IMG/VR virus record: IMGVR_UViG_3300025582_000056
Location: 1-53,366 of that record
Reading direction: 5' to 3' (one strand)
DNA: 53,366 nucleotides
Source: a virus
Lineage: Duplodnaviria; Caudoviricetes
Both the position numbers and the translations under genes were made by a program. The first letter of the stretch is position 1, and the number at the start of each line of letters is the position of its first letter. The notes under the pieces were generated by a model. The model ran no database searches, was not told the DNA's origin, and was given only the letters and a program-made list of their open reading frames with translations. Positions 1 through 10,534 of the stretch are shown piece by piece.

Positions 1-188
1 GGCACACGACCACACAACGTGTTGATGACCAGAGCTAAAATATGTTGTCCGGGGGAAACTTTCCATTGTTTCGGATCCCAAGTCACAGCGTGGTTAATGT
101 ACTCGACCAGTTTAATTTCGTTGCATAAAGAAAGTATGAGTCCCGTTGCTCCGGAACGAAATGTTTTAATAAGTGGTGCTTCTGCCAT
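1..188 (-). CDS. IS1634-family (DUF4277-like) transposase, N-terminal part running off the window
   Basis: Manual translation from ATG 188: MAEAPLIKTFRSGATGLILSLCNEIKLVEYINHAVTWDPKQWKVSPGQHILALVINTLCGRV, resembling DUF4277 N-termini. Confidence 0.7.
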   Translation of the reverse strand, partial: MAEAPLIKTFRSGATGLILSLCNEIKLVEYINHAVTWDPKQWKVSPGQHILALVINTLCGRV

Positions 189-442
189 CTGAAATACCCC
201 CAGCCAAATAATTGCTGAGTTTAGATTACCAGATCGGTCGAGCAAAGTCCAGCATTATCGTTTTTAAACAGTTTCATAAATAATATTTTCCATTTTCTTC
301 ATGCTTAAAATGGGATTAATAATATGTTTTGACGTCTTTATGATATGCAAGCAAAACACCAATACTCTTGACGGCATGTTTTGATTATATCAATAATCCA
401 GCCCTTTTGGATCGCAGCTATATAGCTTGATCAAAATCAACA

Positions 443-2614
443 TCATGTTATTTCATGAGCTACAAAATCATCGAGCTGACTCATATAACATTGCGGAATC
501 TGCAAGTACTTACGAGGATCAAGTTGAAATACATAGTCATTTTCAATATGATTCGATTCGTTTAGGAATTTTCCTAAGGCTGGATATTTCCTTCTTAGTT
601 TCGTCAATAATTTTTTACGCTCAAACAACAATCTTGCTATCAGCATCTTTTCATACGGTTCAGAGGTTTTATAGCATTGTAATAATTTCGGATCTTCAAG
701 ATTATCAATATAATCGCTATATGTAAAACCTCCTATATACTCAGCGATATCACTGCAACCAGAATCAATCACGGGCTGTTCCAATTTTTGGCCATCAGTA
801 TATGTAGGGGTATCTCGGCCATGAATAATATTGGATAGTACATGATATGTCGAAGAATTATCATAGTCTTGGTATGTCAGTTCAATGTACTTACGCAAAT
901 TCACAATACGAGTAACGTCTGTTTCATTATTATCTTTAGCAATACCGAATGTTAACTCGACAACATTTTTTAAATCATCTGCAATAATTTCTCTCTCCGA
1001 AACAACGCCATCTCCGTTTTCTATGAACATTACGTAAACATTAGTTGTTAGCCCATAACGCCTAAAGAAATCCCCTTTAACAAAGTCGATTAAAGGCTGA
1101 GTATCATGGGTAAGCATGAGCACAGTCTTGTCTTTTAAGCTGTCTTTCTGATTATCAAATAACCTCCGGATTATCGCAAATTTTTTATTTTCATCAAATG
1201 CTGATATTGGATCGTCAAGTACGATTAAATCTGCGTTATCACTAATTGCTTGAAACATGAACATTACAAGCGAAAAGGCATTTCTTTCACCCCAGCTCAA
1301 ATGATTTGCTGGATTTGACACAGTATGCGTAGCAACACCAACAGGAATCAAGTAAGTCTTAGCCTTTCCATTTCCATCAGGTTCTATATGAAACTCATAC
1401 GGAAATCCTGCCAAAGAAAGGAACTGGTTGATGTCGTCTTTTCTGCCATCAATAAGTTTACCTAACTTAACATCATATTTTTTGAATAGCCCTTTTAGAT
1501 TTTGCGCTTGTTCTTGCAACTTTTCAATTTTATCGTTAATTTCAGAAACCATAGTCTTCATAAATTCTGTACAATAAAATCTTTTAAGCAGGCCCTCTTC
1601 AATATGCATTTCATTAAGTCGCTGTTCAATATTATCTATTTGTTCTCTCGTCACATTCATTGGTTTAAAACCAAGGATAGTATTAATTTGTGTATTTAGA
1701 TAATCTGTTTCAACCGCTAACTGAGTGATTTCTGTAGTTAATGCATTTGCTTTACTACTATCGCCCATATAACGTTCCAATGTCTGAAGTTCTTCTGCTT
1801 CAATGCAATTATTTTCAACCGCTTTCTTTAGGTACTCCAAAACGGCAGAGGCCGTACTAATAGCTGAGTTCTTAAATACTGTTCCAATCACTGAATTCTG
1901 CGCGTTTATTTTAGGCATTTCCATTCCTGAAACACAAAATGGGCAAGCATCTCCATGCATATGATCTATTCCATCACGTCTCCATTTCGCCCATCCCGTT
2001 ACCTTTGAAAAATCTTCTTGACCATAATAACTTTGATATGGTTTAAGTTCTTCATGTTTTTCAAATCCATATCCATTCCCTTTTAAAAATTCCCCCATTC
2101 CGCCCGATTTTGCTACTTTTCCATTATTAAATTTCACCGAGGAGAACAGTTGCGGAAGAAGTAGCCGTACCTGTTCTAGTTCTGGTGACTGTTGGAACGC
2201 ACCCTGCAATTCTTTAAGCATCTCTTCAGTCTCAGTTTCTAATTGTTCACATTCTGGTGATTGGAGAAAAACCTTGAATGAATTGTCAAAGAATCCATCG
2301 CCACGGAATAAGTATTTGTTAGCATATTTCTCGTCAAACACCCGTATTTTTGTAAAAGGCATGTCCAGAACATCCGGGCACTGATCAGGCTGATCCTTGT
2401 CTGCACCATATGGCAACAATACATCAAACATTGCCCTATCATTATCTGCTTTTGCACGAATAGCCATGCTAATTGTACTTTTTCCTGTTCCGTTAATTCC
2501 ATATTTAATGTTCAGGCAGTTATTTTTAATCTTAATGTCTGCATTACGAATACAATTACAGTTCCGTATTTTAATCATATTGCAAGCCGTTTCATCCATA
2601 ACATCCTCCATCAT
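443..2614 (-). CDS. ABC/SMC-like ATPase with zinc hook, RloC-like (putative anticodon nuclease/defence protein)
   Basis: Walker A GINGTGKST, CPFC within coiled coil, signature LSWGE, Walker B IVLDDP, THD H-loop; directly downstream of type III R-M. Confidence 0.65.
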   Translation of the reverse strand: MMEDVMDETACNMIKIRNCNCIRNADIKIKNNCLNIKYGINGTGKSTISMAIRAKADNDRAMFDVLLPYGADKDQPDQCPDVLDMPFTKIRVFDEKYANKYLFRGDGFFDNSFKVFLQSPECEQLETETEEMLKELQGAFQQSPELEQVRLLLPQLFSSVKFNNGKVAKSGGMGEFLKGNGYGFEKHEELKPYQSYYGQEDFSKVTGWAKWRRDGIDHMHGDACPFCVSGMEMPKINAQNSVIGTVFKNSAISTASAVLEYLKKAVENNCIEAEELQTLERYMGDSSKANALTTEITQLAVETDYLNTQINTILGFKPMNVTREQIDNIEQRLNEMHIEEGLLKRFYCTEFMKTMVSEINDKIEKLQEQAQNLKGLFKKYDVKLGKLIDGRKDDINQFLSLAGFPYEFHIEPDGNGKAKTYLIPVGVATHTVSNPANHLSWGERNAFSLVMFMFQAISDNADLIVLDDPISAFDENKKFAIIRRLFDNQKDSLKDKTVLMLTHDTQPLIDFVKGDFFRRYGLTTNVYVMFIENGDGVVSEREIIADDLKNVVELTFGIAKDNNETDVTRIVNLRKYIELTYQDYDNSSTYHVLSNIIHGRDTPTYTDGQKLEQPVIDSGCSDIAEYIGGFTYSDYIDNLEDPKLLQCYKTSEPYEKMLIARLLFERKKLLTKLRRKYPALGKFLNESNHIENDYVFQLDPRKYLQIPQCYMSQLDDFVAHEIT

Positions 2615-2813
2615 TAGTTACAGTCCAAGATTTTGTGTGATTTTCAGTTTTTGAAATTTGGTTTCGCATTATTGCAATTGCACGACTTTCCATTTATTTG
2701 CCATATTGTCTATTTTTCTATAAAACAACTTCACCAACATCAATAAGAAGATATCCTTACTTCTTCTGCTTACATGCATCTTTTAAAGAATATTTACGTC
2801 CCATAAATATGTG

Positions 2814-5345
2814 TTATTCATCTTCCGAATCCTCTAATAGGATTTCAAGATGGCTGCGGAACTTCGATTCAAATATTCTACCATCCTTTACATTATCGGC
2901 AAAAGTATTATAATCTACCGGACTTAAGAACGTAAAATAATACCTCTCTGGTTTCCCGTGTTTTTCAAGTTCTGCATTCAATAGTTCAAAATGCCTTTTC
3001 GCTGCCCTATTTTTCGCCCTATTTTCGAGGTTATCATCATTGTCTGACTTAATTTCGACGACAATAATACTATCGTCTTTTTTGATAAAAAAGTCTGGAT
3101 TAAAAGCTTTAAACTTGCTTCCCTTATTCTTTTGATAATCGATACTGTAAAACCCTTTATCTCTTGATTTAATCCATGCATCAATATGTTGTGCAAAGTC
3201 GTTGCTGGTCATAAGCTCTACAAATCTCTTCTCTGGTTCAAGGGTAGCAAAGACTACATTAACCGGTGTTTTAAAATTATACCTGTTAATTTCGTTATCT
3301 TGGCGCTTTTTTAATTCTTGACGCACTGCGTTAAATATTACCAGTTCATCCTCTTCGATCTCACTTTTATAATTATCAGAGAAAAATAACGAAACATCTC
3401 TAATAAGAGTCCCATATCTTGACATTTCTGCTCTCATATTTATCGTATTAAATGGTATCAGAACATCTACCGCCTTTTCCAATACAGGAGTAGACGGCTT
3501 TCTTCTAAGTAATCCATTAAAACGGCCATATATTTTATCTGCATTTTCTAAGGTAAGAAACGAACCATCCTCCCCTATATCTCTCATTGATTTCTCAATG
3601 AATGTTCTAATGTCTTGAATAGATGGCAGCTTCTCCTGCTCGTATTCACCACTGGGGAAGATCAACTTTGCTTCCAATGCACGACCTTTAAAACTCTCAA
3701 TAATTTTATTGATGACTTCGTCAATAGAAATCAATTCTTTTTTAATAATTGTCGATTTTAAATGAAGATGTCCTTTTATGTCTTCATAAATTGTTTTCTT
3801 GGGTTCCTTTCCGCTTTGAGAGACCAGTTTAATACCATTTATTAGGTTAAATACTTCTTGAGTCTTTGAATCTTTTTTTTCAATGGTACGCTCTTTCTTT
3901 GTGTAATTAATTGTATATACTTCAAAGTTATATTTATTTTTTTCAGTTGAGTTTACAATTTTACTGGAGACTGTCATTTCTTTCTCCAACACTTCATCCA
4001 CCAAAGACTGTATACTTTTACTCCAGCTAGCATGATTAAAAACCCTAACCTTTGGTTGGCCACTTGTGTTTTCTGGTATTCTAAGGCCTCTACCTAATAC
4101 TTGCGCTATTAGCAACTTTGAATTAAAAGCCCTGTCTTCCCAAGGAACTATTTGAAAAACATTCTTTACATCCCAACCTTCGGTTAACATAGATACAGAA
4201 ACTACCCACTCTGCTGGATTGCTCTTATCATCAACCGTTTTTAAGGCAATAACATTCTTTTTATGTTTAGGTGCCGACGTTACGACAAGAACTTTATCTT
4301 CAAATTCATCTCGTCGTATACCTTCCTTTTTTTCGATAAAATCTAAAAAATCTTCATATAGGTATCCTGCTGACTTTATATCCTTTGTAACCATTATTGT
4401 TAAAGGCTTAATATCACCATATTTCTTTTGAAATTCTTTATGATTATCATATATTTTTTGAAACTTTTCATATGGATCTCCACTTTCGTCTTCTGCCACA
4501 TATTCGACCAGTTTTACAAAACTTCTTTCCATAGCTTCCCTAAGAGAAAAACGATATATGACATCAGGGAAATACTCATTTTCTATATAGGCTGTTCCAG
4601 TAAAGCCAAGTAAATATTTGAATTGGAAATCTTCACTCATCAAAAAAGTTTTCCACTTTCGAATATCGTTCTCTCCACTGGAATTATATACATGATGCAC
4701 TTCATCACTTAAAACTAATGTTTTTTCTCCACGCCCTTTAAGACTGTCTATTATGGATGAGCCTGTCCCGTCGTAAACAGCGTGAATATTCTCTACACAA
4801 ATATCTCCATCTTTTATGGTGCTGTTGGCATCTATTATTCTAGGATTTTTGAAAAACGTCGTTTCAGGTATACTTGCTTTTAATCTTGCATCACTAGTTT
4901 TTTCTTTAAATTTTCCCATTAAACCAGACTCAATTGTTAGAGACGGGCACAAAACCAAAACCTTTGTTATCAGACCCAGGGACAACATGATTTGTGCTAT
5001 GCCATAAATAACATAGCTTTTACCCGTAGCGGTTGCCAGATCAATAACACCCGAAAGTTTACCTTTTAATGGGATATGTTGAATGAAATCATACTCTGTA
5101 CGATAAAGTCTTTGTAAATCCTGATTATTCTTATAATTTTCTCTTGCCAACTGATCAATATTCGAATATTCGCCCGAGGCCAAGTATATAATTGCTGTCT
5201 TTATGGCCTCTTTCTGGTAATCGCGATTTCCGCAAAGAATATCCAGATAATCTTCCCATTCATATAGATTTAGCTTTTTTAAATCATAACTACTTCTAAC
5301 CTTAAGAGTAAGATCTGAAGCATTGCTTCTAATAACGCCTTCCAT
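2814..5345 (-). CDS. res: Type III restriction endonuclease Res subunit
   Basis: ATATGKS, DEVHH, QVLGRGLR helicase motifs; C-terminal PDF...VEIK nuclease motif; abuts mod. Confidence 0.9.
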   Translation of the reverse strand: MEGVIRSNASDLTLKVRSSYDLKKLNLYEWEDYLDILCGNRDYQKEAIKTAIIYLASGEYSNIDQLARENYKNNQDLQRLYRTEYDFIQHIPLKGKLSGVIDLATATGKSYVIYGIAQIMLSLGLITKVLVLCPSLTIESGLMGKFKEKTSDARLKASIPETTFFKNPRIIDANSTIKDGDICVENIHAVYDGTGSSIIDSLKGRGEKTLVLSDEVHHVYNSSGENDIRKWKTFLMSEDFQFKYLLGFTGTAYIENEYFPDVIYRFSLREAMERSFVKLVEYVAEDESGDPYEKFQKIYDNHKEFQKKYGDIKPLTIMVTKDIKSAGYLYEDFLDFIEKKEGIRRDEFEDKVLVVTSAPKHKKNVIALKTVDDKSNPAEWVVSVSMLTEGWDVKNVFQIVPWEDRAFNSKLLIAQVLGRGLRIPENTSGQPKVRVFNHASWSKSIQSLVDEVLEKEMTVSSKIVNSTEKNKYNFEVYTINYTKKERTIEKKDSKTQEVFNLINGIKLVSQSGKEPKKTIYEDIKGHLHLKSTIIKKELISIDEVINKIIESFKGRALEAKLIFPSGEYEQEKLPSIQDIRTFIEKSMRDIGEDGSFLTLENADKIYGRFNGLLRRKPSTPVLEKAVDVLIPFNTINMRAEMSRYGTLIRDVSLFFSDNYKSEIEEDELVIFNAVRQELKKRQDNEINRYNFKTPVNVVFATLEPEKRFVELMTSNDFAQHIDAWIKSRDKGFYSIDYQKNKGSKFKAFNPDFFIKKDDSIIVVEIKSDNDDNLENRAKNRAAKRHFELLNAELEKHGKPERYYFTFLSPVDYNTFADNVKDGRIFESKFRSHLEILLEDSEDE

Positions 5346-7466
5346 CTACTCCACCCCCACAGAAAACTCTTCTTTAAACTCATTCCCATATATGTCGATA
5401 TATATTGCAAAAACCTTCTTGCCCGGATTTTTTACAGGAACATTGATAATGTTGGCATTTTTCAGTTCTTTTCTAACATCATCAGAAATATCTTTATGTG
5501 TTGTTGCCTTTTTTTTACTTATGGATATTAAATCTTTAGCAAAATAATAATCCTTCATGATAAAATCTCTACTATAATCGTTGTCGATGAGCACCATGGA
5601 CAAACTCTCAAAGTTTTTTATTTCTTTTCCCATCTCATCCATACTATAGTCAGACATAAATTTTTTCATAGTTATATAGTAATTCCCATCAATATCGGTC
5701 AATGTTGTTTCAACCTCTGGTTGTCTAATAAAATGAAACCCTACCGCCTCATCTAAATCGTTAACCTGACCCTGGCTCTGAGGTTGTCTGATTTTTTTAA
5801 AATTTTGATTATGTAATTCTTTGATTACTTGATAAGGTATCTTCAAAAAATAATACCTTATACTTTCAATTTCATAATAATCATTTACGAAAGCCACACT
5901 ATTGGCAGGCGCAACAATATAAAAGCGGTTTTTAATCCGCTCGCCTATGTTTGTATGAAGATCATGTAGATATTCTGAATCAACATCTGCATTACGCATC
6001 TTTTCATCCCAATAAGGATAAATTTTAACGAAATAGCCCCTTTTTTCTCCATCTATTGATACACCATTGATATTGTCTTTATCTATATCCTCAATGTCAA
6101 ATAGATTTTTCACAAAAGACTTATATTTATCTTCCTTTAAGGAAAATACCTTTCCTAAGTCATATAAACCTGCAGTTACTACAGAAAATGCTTTTGCATT
6201 TTGTTTATATTCTTTCTTAGGGTTGACCACATCCTTGCTCTTTGATATTTCCAGCAATCTTTTTTGTATAGTGTACATTGATAATTTTCCAATGTCACAC
6301 CCGATCCATCTGCGGTTTAATTTTTCAGCTACAGCTAATGTTGTTCCCGACCCAGCAAAACAGTCCATTACTAGATCGCCCTCTTGTGTACAGCTTTCAA
6401 TAACTCGTTTTAGCAATTCTTCAGCATTTTCTGTTGGATAGTTATTCGAAAATGCATACCCCTTGATGTCTGTCCAGTTATTGTCAATGGGAATAGCGTC
6501 TGTTTGTAAATACTCCGGGCGAGCATCAATTTTTTTGCCCTCTAAATCATAATAGGGAATATTTGGGTTTAAACGCAGCCTTCCTTCCTTTTCAAGCACG
6601 TCAATCTTCTTTTGAGTATATGTAAAATGCCTTCCTCGCCTCGGTAAATATAGCTTTCCAAAAAAGACTCGCTCAGGAGGATTCCTTAAACCAGGTGACG
6701 TTAAATCATCCCAAATTGGTTCTTTTTCTATACCACAGAAATTGCATTTCCGAGGCATTTCGGGATTATTAAAATAGAAATTGGCCGATTTTGAGTAGAA
6801 GAAAATTGTTTCCGTGCTAACATTAAATCTTGTAAGGTTTCGCAGAGACCGTTTTACCCTATTAATAACAATTTCGTTTCTAATATTATTCTTGCCGAAG
6901 ACTTCATCCATAATAATTTTAATGTAATGACCAAAATGATAGTCCAAACGAACAAAGATTACTCCATCATCAGCCATTACTTCTCGCAATAATATTAGTC
7001 TCCGCCGGAGAAACTCTACAAGATCTGCACCTTTTCGCTTAGCGCTATATGCACTTTGACCTTTGTTACCATCATAATTATCTCCCGTACCAAACGGGGG
7101 ATCTATATACACAAGTTTTATTTTCCCTTTGATATTTTTTGCAATAATCGGATCTTTATCATAATATATGGTTTTTAATACTTGAAGATTATCTCCAAAT
7201 ATCAATAGATTTTTCCAATCTTCATTTATTGAAGGATGTTCATCTCCATTGTAGGTTTTTTCAATTTGTAAAGGTACGTTAGCAATTTCATCGGTATCTG
7301 ATAATATATCTTCTTTACGCATTTTTCCTGCATAAGCAAGTTCATATTCCTTTTGGGTAGTAGGAAATAAAGCGTATTTGTATTCAGCAGGTATACTCTG
7401 ACCATCCTTTAAACACTTAATTATATAATCAATATCATATTGGTTTAGCATGATAAACTCCTCCAT
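5346..7466 (-). CDS. mod: Type III R-M DNA methyltransferase Mod subunit
   Basis: YIDPPF catalytic motif precedes DCFAGSGTT SAM-binding motif (beta order); GDNL N-terminal motif. Confidence 0.9.
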   Translation of the reverse strand: MEEFIMLNQYDIDYIIKCLKDGQSIPAEYKYALFPTTQKEYELAYAGKMRKEDILSDTDEIANVPLQIEKTYNGDEHPSINEDWKNLLIFGDNLQVLKTIYYDKDPIIAKNIKGKIKLVYIDPPFGTGDNYDGNKGQSAYSAKRKGADLVEFLRRRLILLREVMADDGVIFVRLDYHFGHYIKIIMDEVFGKNNIRNEIVINRVKRSLRNLTRFNVSTETIFFYSKSANFYFNNPEMPRKCNFCGIEKEPIWDDLTSPGLRNPPERVFFGKLYLPRRGRHFTYTQKKIDVLEKEGRLRLNPNIPYYDLEGKKIDARPEYLQTDAIPIDNNWTDIKGYAFSNNYPTENAEELLKRVIESCTQEGDLVMDCFAGSGTTLAVAEKLNRRWIGCDIGKLSMYTIQKRLLEISKSKDVVNPKKEYKQNAKAFSVVTAGLYDLGKVFSLKEDKYKSFVKNLFDIEDIDKDNINGVSIDGEKRGYFVKIYPYWDEKMRNADVDSEYLHDLHTNIGERIKNRFYIVAPANSVAFVNDYYEIESIRYYFLKIPYQVIKELHNQNFKKIRQPQSQGQVNDLDEAVGFHFIRQPEVETTLTDIDGNYYITMKKFMSDYSMDEMGKEIKNFESLSMVLIDNDYSRDFIMKDYYFAKDLISISKKKATTHKDISDDVRKELKNANIINVPVKNPGKKVFAIYIDIYGNEFKEEFSVGVE

Positions 7467-7870
7467 GAATTAGTTTGTAACTGCTTCCTAGTTCTTTAAT
7501 AGCTATTCATCGGGCGTTAAGTCCATAATGTCAGCAGAAGTGCAATCCAAGCATGTACATATAAAAATAACAAATGCACAAAAAATATTTAGAAAGTATT
7601 ATTTGACTTAATTTTCTTGTCGTTTAATTTCTCCTTTTTCAGCACAAATTCTGCTTTACCAACCTAATAAGTGTCTCGGAACACCTTGGTAATAATGGTT
7701 GATTCAGCAGAATGTACCTTTTTAATTTATTACTCTCATATAAATCCTTACTCTTTTTTATATATTCCACACGCTCCACATTCTTCCTTCATTTTCTGCA
7801 AAAATAACTATTAAATACAAAAACAGAGCGTTTATATTGAAACGCTCTAGCCGTACTGCACATACGCCTT

Positions 7871-8797
7871 TTATTCCTTGTCCGTCTTTTTCAGCATTAA
7901 TTCTTGATATACATCTAAAGCTCTGTCCAGTTCCTGACTCGCCCTGATAACTTCCGGATCAGTATAAGCTTTACCCTCTTTGATCCTGACTAAATCTGCA
8001 CGTAACTTTTCAATTTTTATTACTATTTCAGACCCAGCCGTTCTGAAAGCCCCATCCCCAGTCAGTTTACTTAACAGAATCTTACGATCCATTTTGTATT
8101 CACTACCCACAAAACCCAGCCGAATCAGCCATACCCTTAGAGAGTATTTATCATTGCCGGTTACCTTTTGTTTTGTGGAGGAGAACTTCTGCAATTTGGC
8201 CTGCTCATTTATCTTCTGGCAAAGTGTGATAAATGCGATAACCTCATCACAATCAAGGGTGTCTGGTAAAAATCCAAAGCTGACGGTCTGATTTACTATA
8301 TCAAAAGTTAAATCTCCTGTGCCCTCAATTTTACCGGTTTCTCTCGCATTGTTTATAACACCAGTAAAATCCTCTGTAGTATCTATGGGTACGTCATTGA
8401 CTGCAAAAACAAAGTCGGCAGTGAGTATATCATCCTGCCGACCGAGTGATTTTTTTAATAAATTTTGTTTACTCCAAATTAGATTGACCACATTACGAAG
8501 GCTAGCCCCGTTATGACCATCCATTGAGAAAGTTACCTTACTATCACCCTTTGCTAAAACTCTGGCGTTTTTTAAGGCATCCAGCACTTTTCGCAAGAGT
8601 TCAAGTTCTATTGTTGCCAATTCCGGTGTCGTTACTAAACAGTTTCGGTCAATCGTCCAGCTACCTACTTGATAACTGAAACTTGATGGTCCGGCATACT
8701 TGACCTGTTCACCGAGAGCCTCAGCAATAATCGCTGCTACCTGCTTTCGTCCAAGTCCAGTAACCCCGAATGAGTAAATGAAGGTGTCTTTTTTCAT
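7871..8797 (-). CDS. Mobile-element 'virulence-related' protein with C-terminal Spo0E-like segment
   Basis: Paralog of 42110-42853 (NDKYSLRVWLIRLGFVG vs NDKFTMRLFLIRLGFVG); tail IEKLRADL...PEVIRASQELDRAL has the Spo0E SQELD motif. Confidence 0.7.
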   Translation of the reverse strand: MKKDTFIYSFGVTGLGRKQVAAIIAEALGEQVKYAGPSSFSYQVGSWTIDRNCLVTTPELATIELELLRKVLDALKNARVLAKGDSKVTFSMDGHNGASLRNVVNLIWSKQNLLKKSLGRQDDILTADFVFAVNDVPIDTTEDFTGVINNARETGKIEGTGDLTFDIVNQTVSFGFLPDTLDCDEVIAFITLCQKINEQAKLQKFSSTKQKVTGNDKYSLRVWLIRLGFVGSEYKMDRKILLSKLTGDGAFRTAGSEIVIKIEKLRADLVRIKEGKAYTDPEVIRASQELDRALDVYQELMLKKTDKE

Positions 8798-8830
8798 GGC
8801 TTGTACCTACCTTTCCTTTTTGGTAGTGTA

Positions 8831-8861
8831 CATTAACGCTCCGTACGGTCGGGAAGTCAAG
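8831..8861 (-). promoter_or_regulatory. Element-specific promoter-like motif CTTGACTT-N12-GAGCGTTAATG
   Basis: Same layout and spacing as the motifs at 41844 and 43136, each upstream of an RBS. Confidence 0.55.
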
Positions 8862-9064
8862 CTGTTATTGTGTTTTTAATATTTCACATGATGCTTCTTG
8901 GTCATTCAAATTGATTAAACGTCATTACTACCACCTATTATGCATTTTGGAAACATACCAGAATATTATTCTCCCACTTGGTTTGTTACCCCAAACACAG
9001 TATTTACATTTATTCATAACCATGGTACTACTCATTGGCTAAACACTTATGCTATAATCAACTC

Positions 9065-9598
9065 ATGAATTTTCGTCGTTTGAGTGGTTTTGCTCTTCCA
9101 ACTGTACTAATAGCATCTATGGTGATGCTAACTGTGCTATTAGCTGCTATCACCTCTACGGCTGCAATACGTGTGGCGTTGGTATCTCAATATTACAATC
9201 GACTTGCTCAAACTGCTGGCGATGCTGGTTCGGCCTATGCGAAAGCTTGTCTTACGGCTAATAATGGTGTACCAAGTTGGAGTGACTCTAAACCATTAAA
9301 ACCAGATACTAATTGTGCTGGTGATCCGCTAACTGATCCGCTAACGGGTTTACCAAGTTGTCCGGTCAGTCCAGCTACTGCTACTTGTCATGCAGTCCTA
9401 TTAGATAGTAATAGTAATATTTTTACCACATTTACAGTCGGTCTACCACAATTAGATTCTAACGGTTTAGCGGTTAATGTCGCGTCAGTTGGTTTAGCAA
9501 AGTTAATACGTTCATCCGATCTTGCCAATGGTGTTATTACTGCTTGGCGTCAATATTCTCAAAATAGTAATTTTACTATACAAATTATTAGCTTGTAG
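9065..9598 (+). CDS. PilX/minor-pilin-like N-terminal protein (CPR-like), probably truncated
   Basis: SG/FALPTVLIASMVMLTVLL prepilin-like leader; TGCTATAAT 6 nt before ATG 9065. Confidence 0.65.
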   Translation: MNFRRLSGFALPTVLIASMVMLTVLLAAITSTAAIRVALVSQYYNRLAQTAGDAGSAYAKACLTANNGVPSWSDSKPLKPDTNCAGDPLTDPLTGLPSCPVSPATATCHAVLLDSNSNIFTTFTVGLPQLDSNGLAVNVASVGLAKLIRSSDLANGVITAWRQYSQNSNFTIQIISL

Positions 9599-9883
9599 TT
9601 GGTAACGCCTACGCTTCCTGGATTCAATGGCCAAGTGTCACAACTCATGGAGCTCTATTCCCCGACCCATTTCCTGGGACTACTGGCCTTCCTAATTCAA
9701 ATAGTTGGACTAGCACTAATGGTAATTGGGCAACTCCTTAGTAGCACCACTGACGGTGGAGTGCGTGCCTTTCGTCGTGGTGGCACTTGGTACGGTGGCG
9801 GCTATGCCGGGGTTCTGTCCCTGAATTTGGGCACTTTGCTCAGTGTTACGAGCCCGCTTCTCGGTTTCCGTGTCTCTCGGTGA
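9595..9883 (+). pseudogene. Frameshifted C-terminal fragment of a DGR target (CLec/FGE-type) with VR-like end
   Basis: VVGNAYASWIQWPSVTTHGALFPDPFPGTTGL..WTSTNG (frameshift ~9724) IGQLLS..FRRGG..GFRVSR aligns with the C-terminus of 24720-25985. Confidence 0.8.
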
Positions 9884-9987
9884 CATAGACCTTAGCTCTC
9901 GTGTTTTATTTAATTGTCTGATTAAATTGGCTAGTAACGTCAATAAAATTATTAAAGGATTCAAATGAGCAATAAAAATCGTCAATC

Positions 9988-10266
9988 TTGGTAATTGCTT
10001 ATAATTCTGGTTTTACAGTCTACCAACTAGCTAAACAATTTGGTTGTCATAGGACTACAGTTAGTCAGCATCTAAAATCCCAGGGTATTAAAATGAGGAA
10101 TCGTCCATTGTCTGAGAATCAAATAGACGAGGTTGTTAGGCTTTATGGATCAGGACTGTCATGTGCTAAGGTTGGGAAGATTATTAGGGTGGATGAGGAG
10201 ACGATTCATAGAAGGCTACGAGAGCGTGGTGTTGTTTTGAGGGGAGTTCATGAATCGGTGAGATGA
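9988..10266 (+). CDS. Tandem helix-turn-helix protein, possibly 5'-truncated
   Basis: Two HTH-like repeats (TVYQLAKQFGCHRTTV; SCAKVGKIIRVDEETI); TTG start without clear RBS. Confidence 0.6.
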   Translation: MVIAYNSGFTVYQLAKQFGCHRTTVSQHLKSQGIKMRNRPLSENQIDEVVRLYGSGLSCAKVGKIIRVDEETIHRRLRERGVVLRGVHESVR

Positions 10267-10534
10267 TGATAATTAATTATGGCTTTGATTGGATGTTACT
10301 AGTTCTCATAACTTAAGAAACACATTTATTACATCTATTCAAAGTTTCGCATGGCGACAAAATGAAATATAAGGTAATAATTTATATAACTGGCAAATTG
10401 TAATACGTTGTCATTCTTGCCCACCTTATCTTACTTAGTAACCTCAATGTTCGCTCACGGTCACTTAAACTTTATGCCAACTTTATTTTTTTGTGTAAAA
10501 AATAGTCAAAGGGTCAAATAGCCAAAGCAGTCAA

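Noticed and set aside
9770-9883. Direct second target of the local TR
   Set aside because: Many mismatches fall at non-adenine TR positions
9599-9883. 94-aa membrane protein given by the ORF track
   Set aside because: Its N-terminal half is the wrong frame of a frameshifted DGR-target fragment
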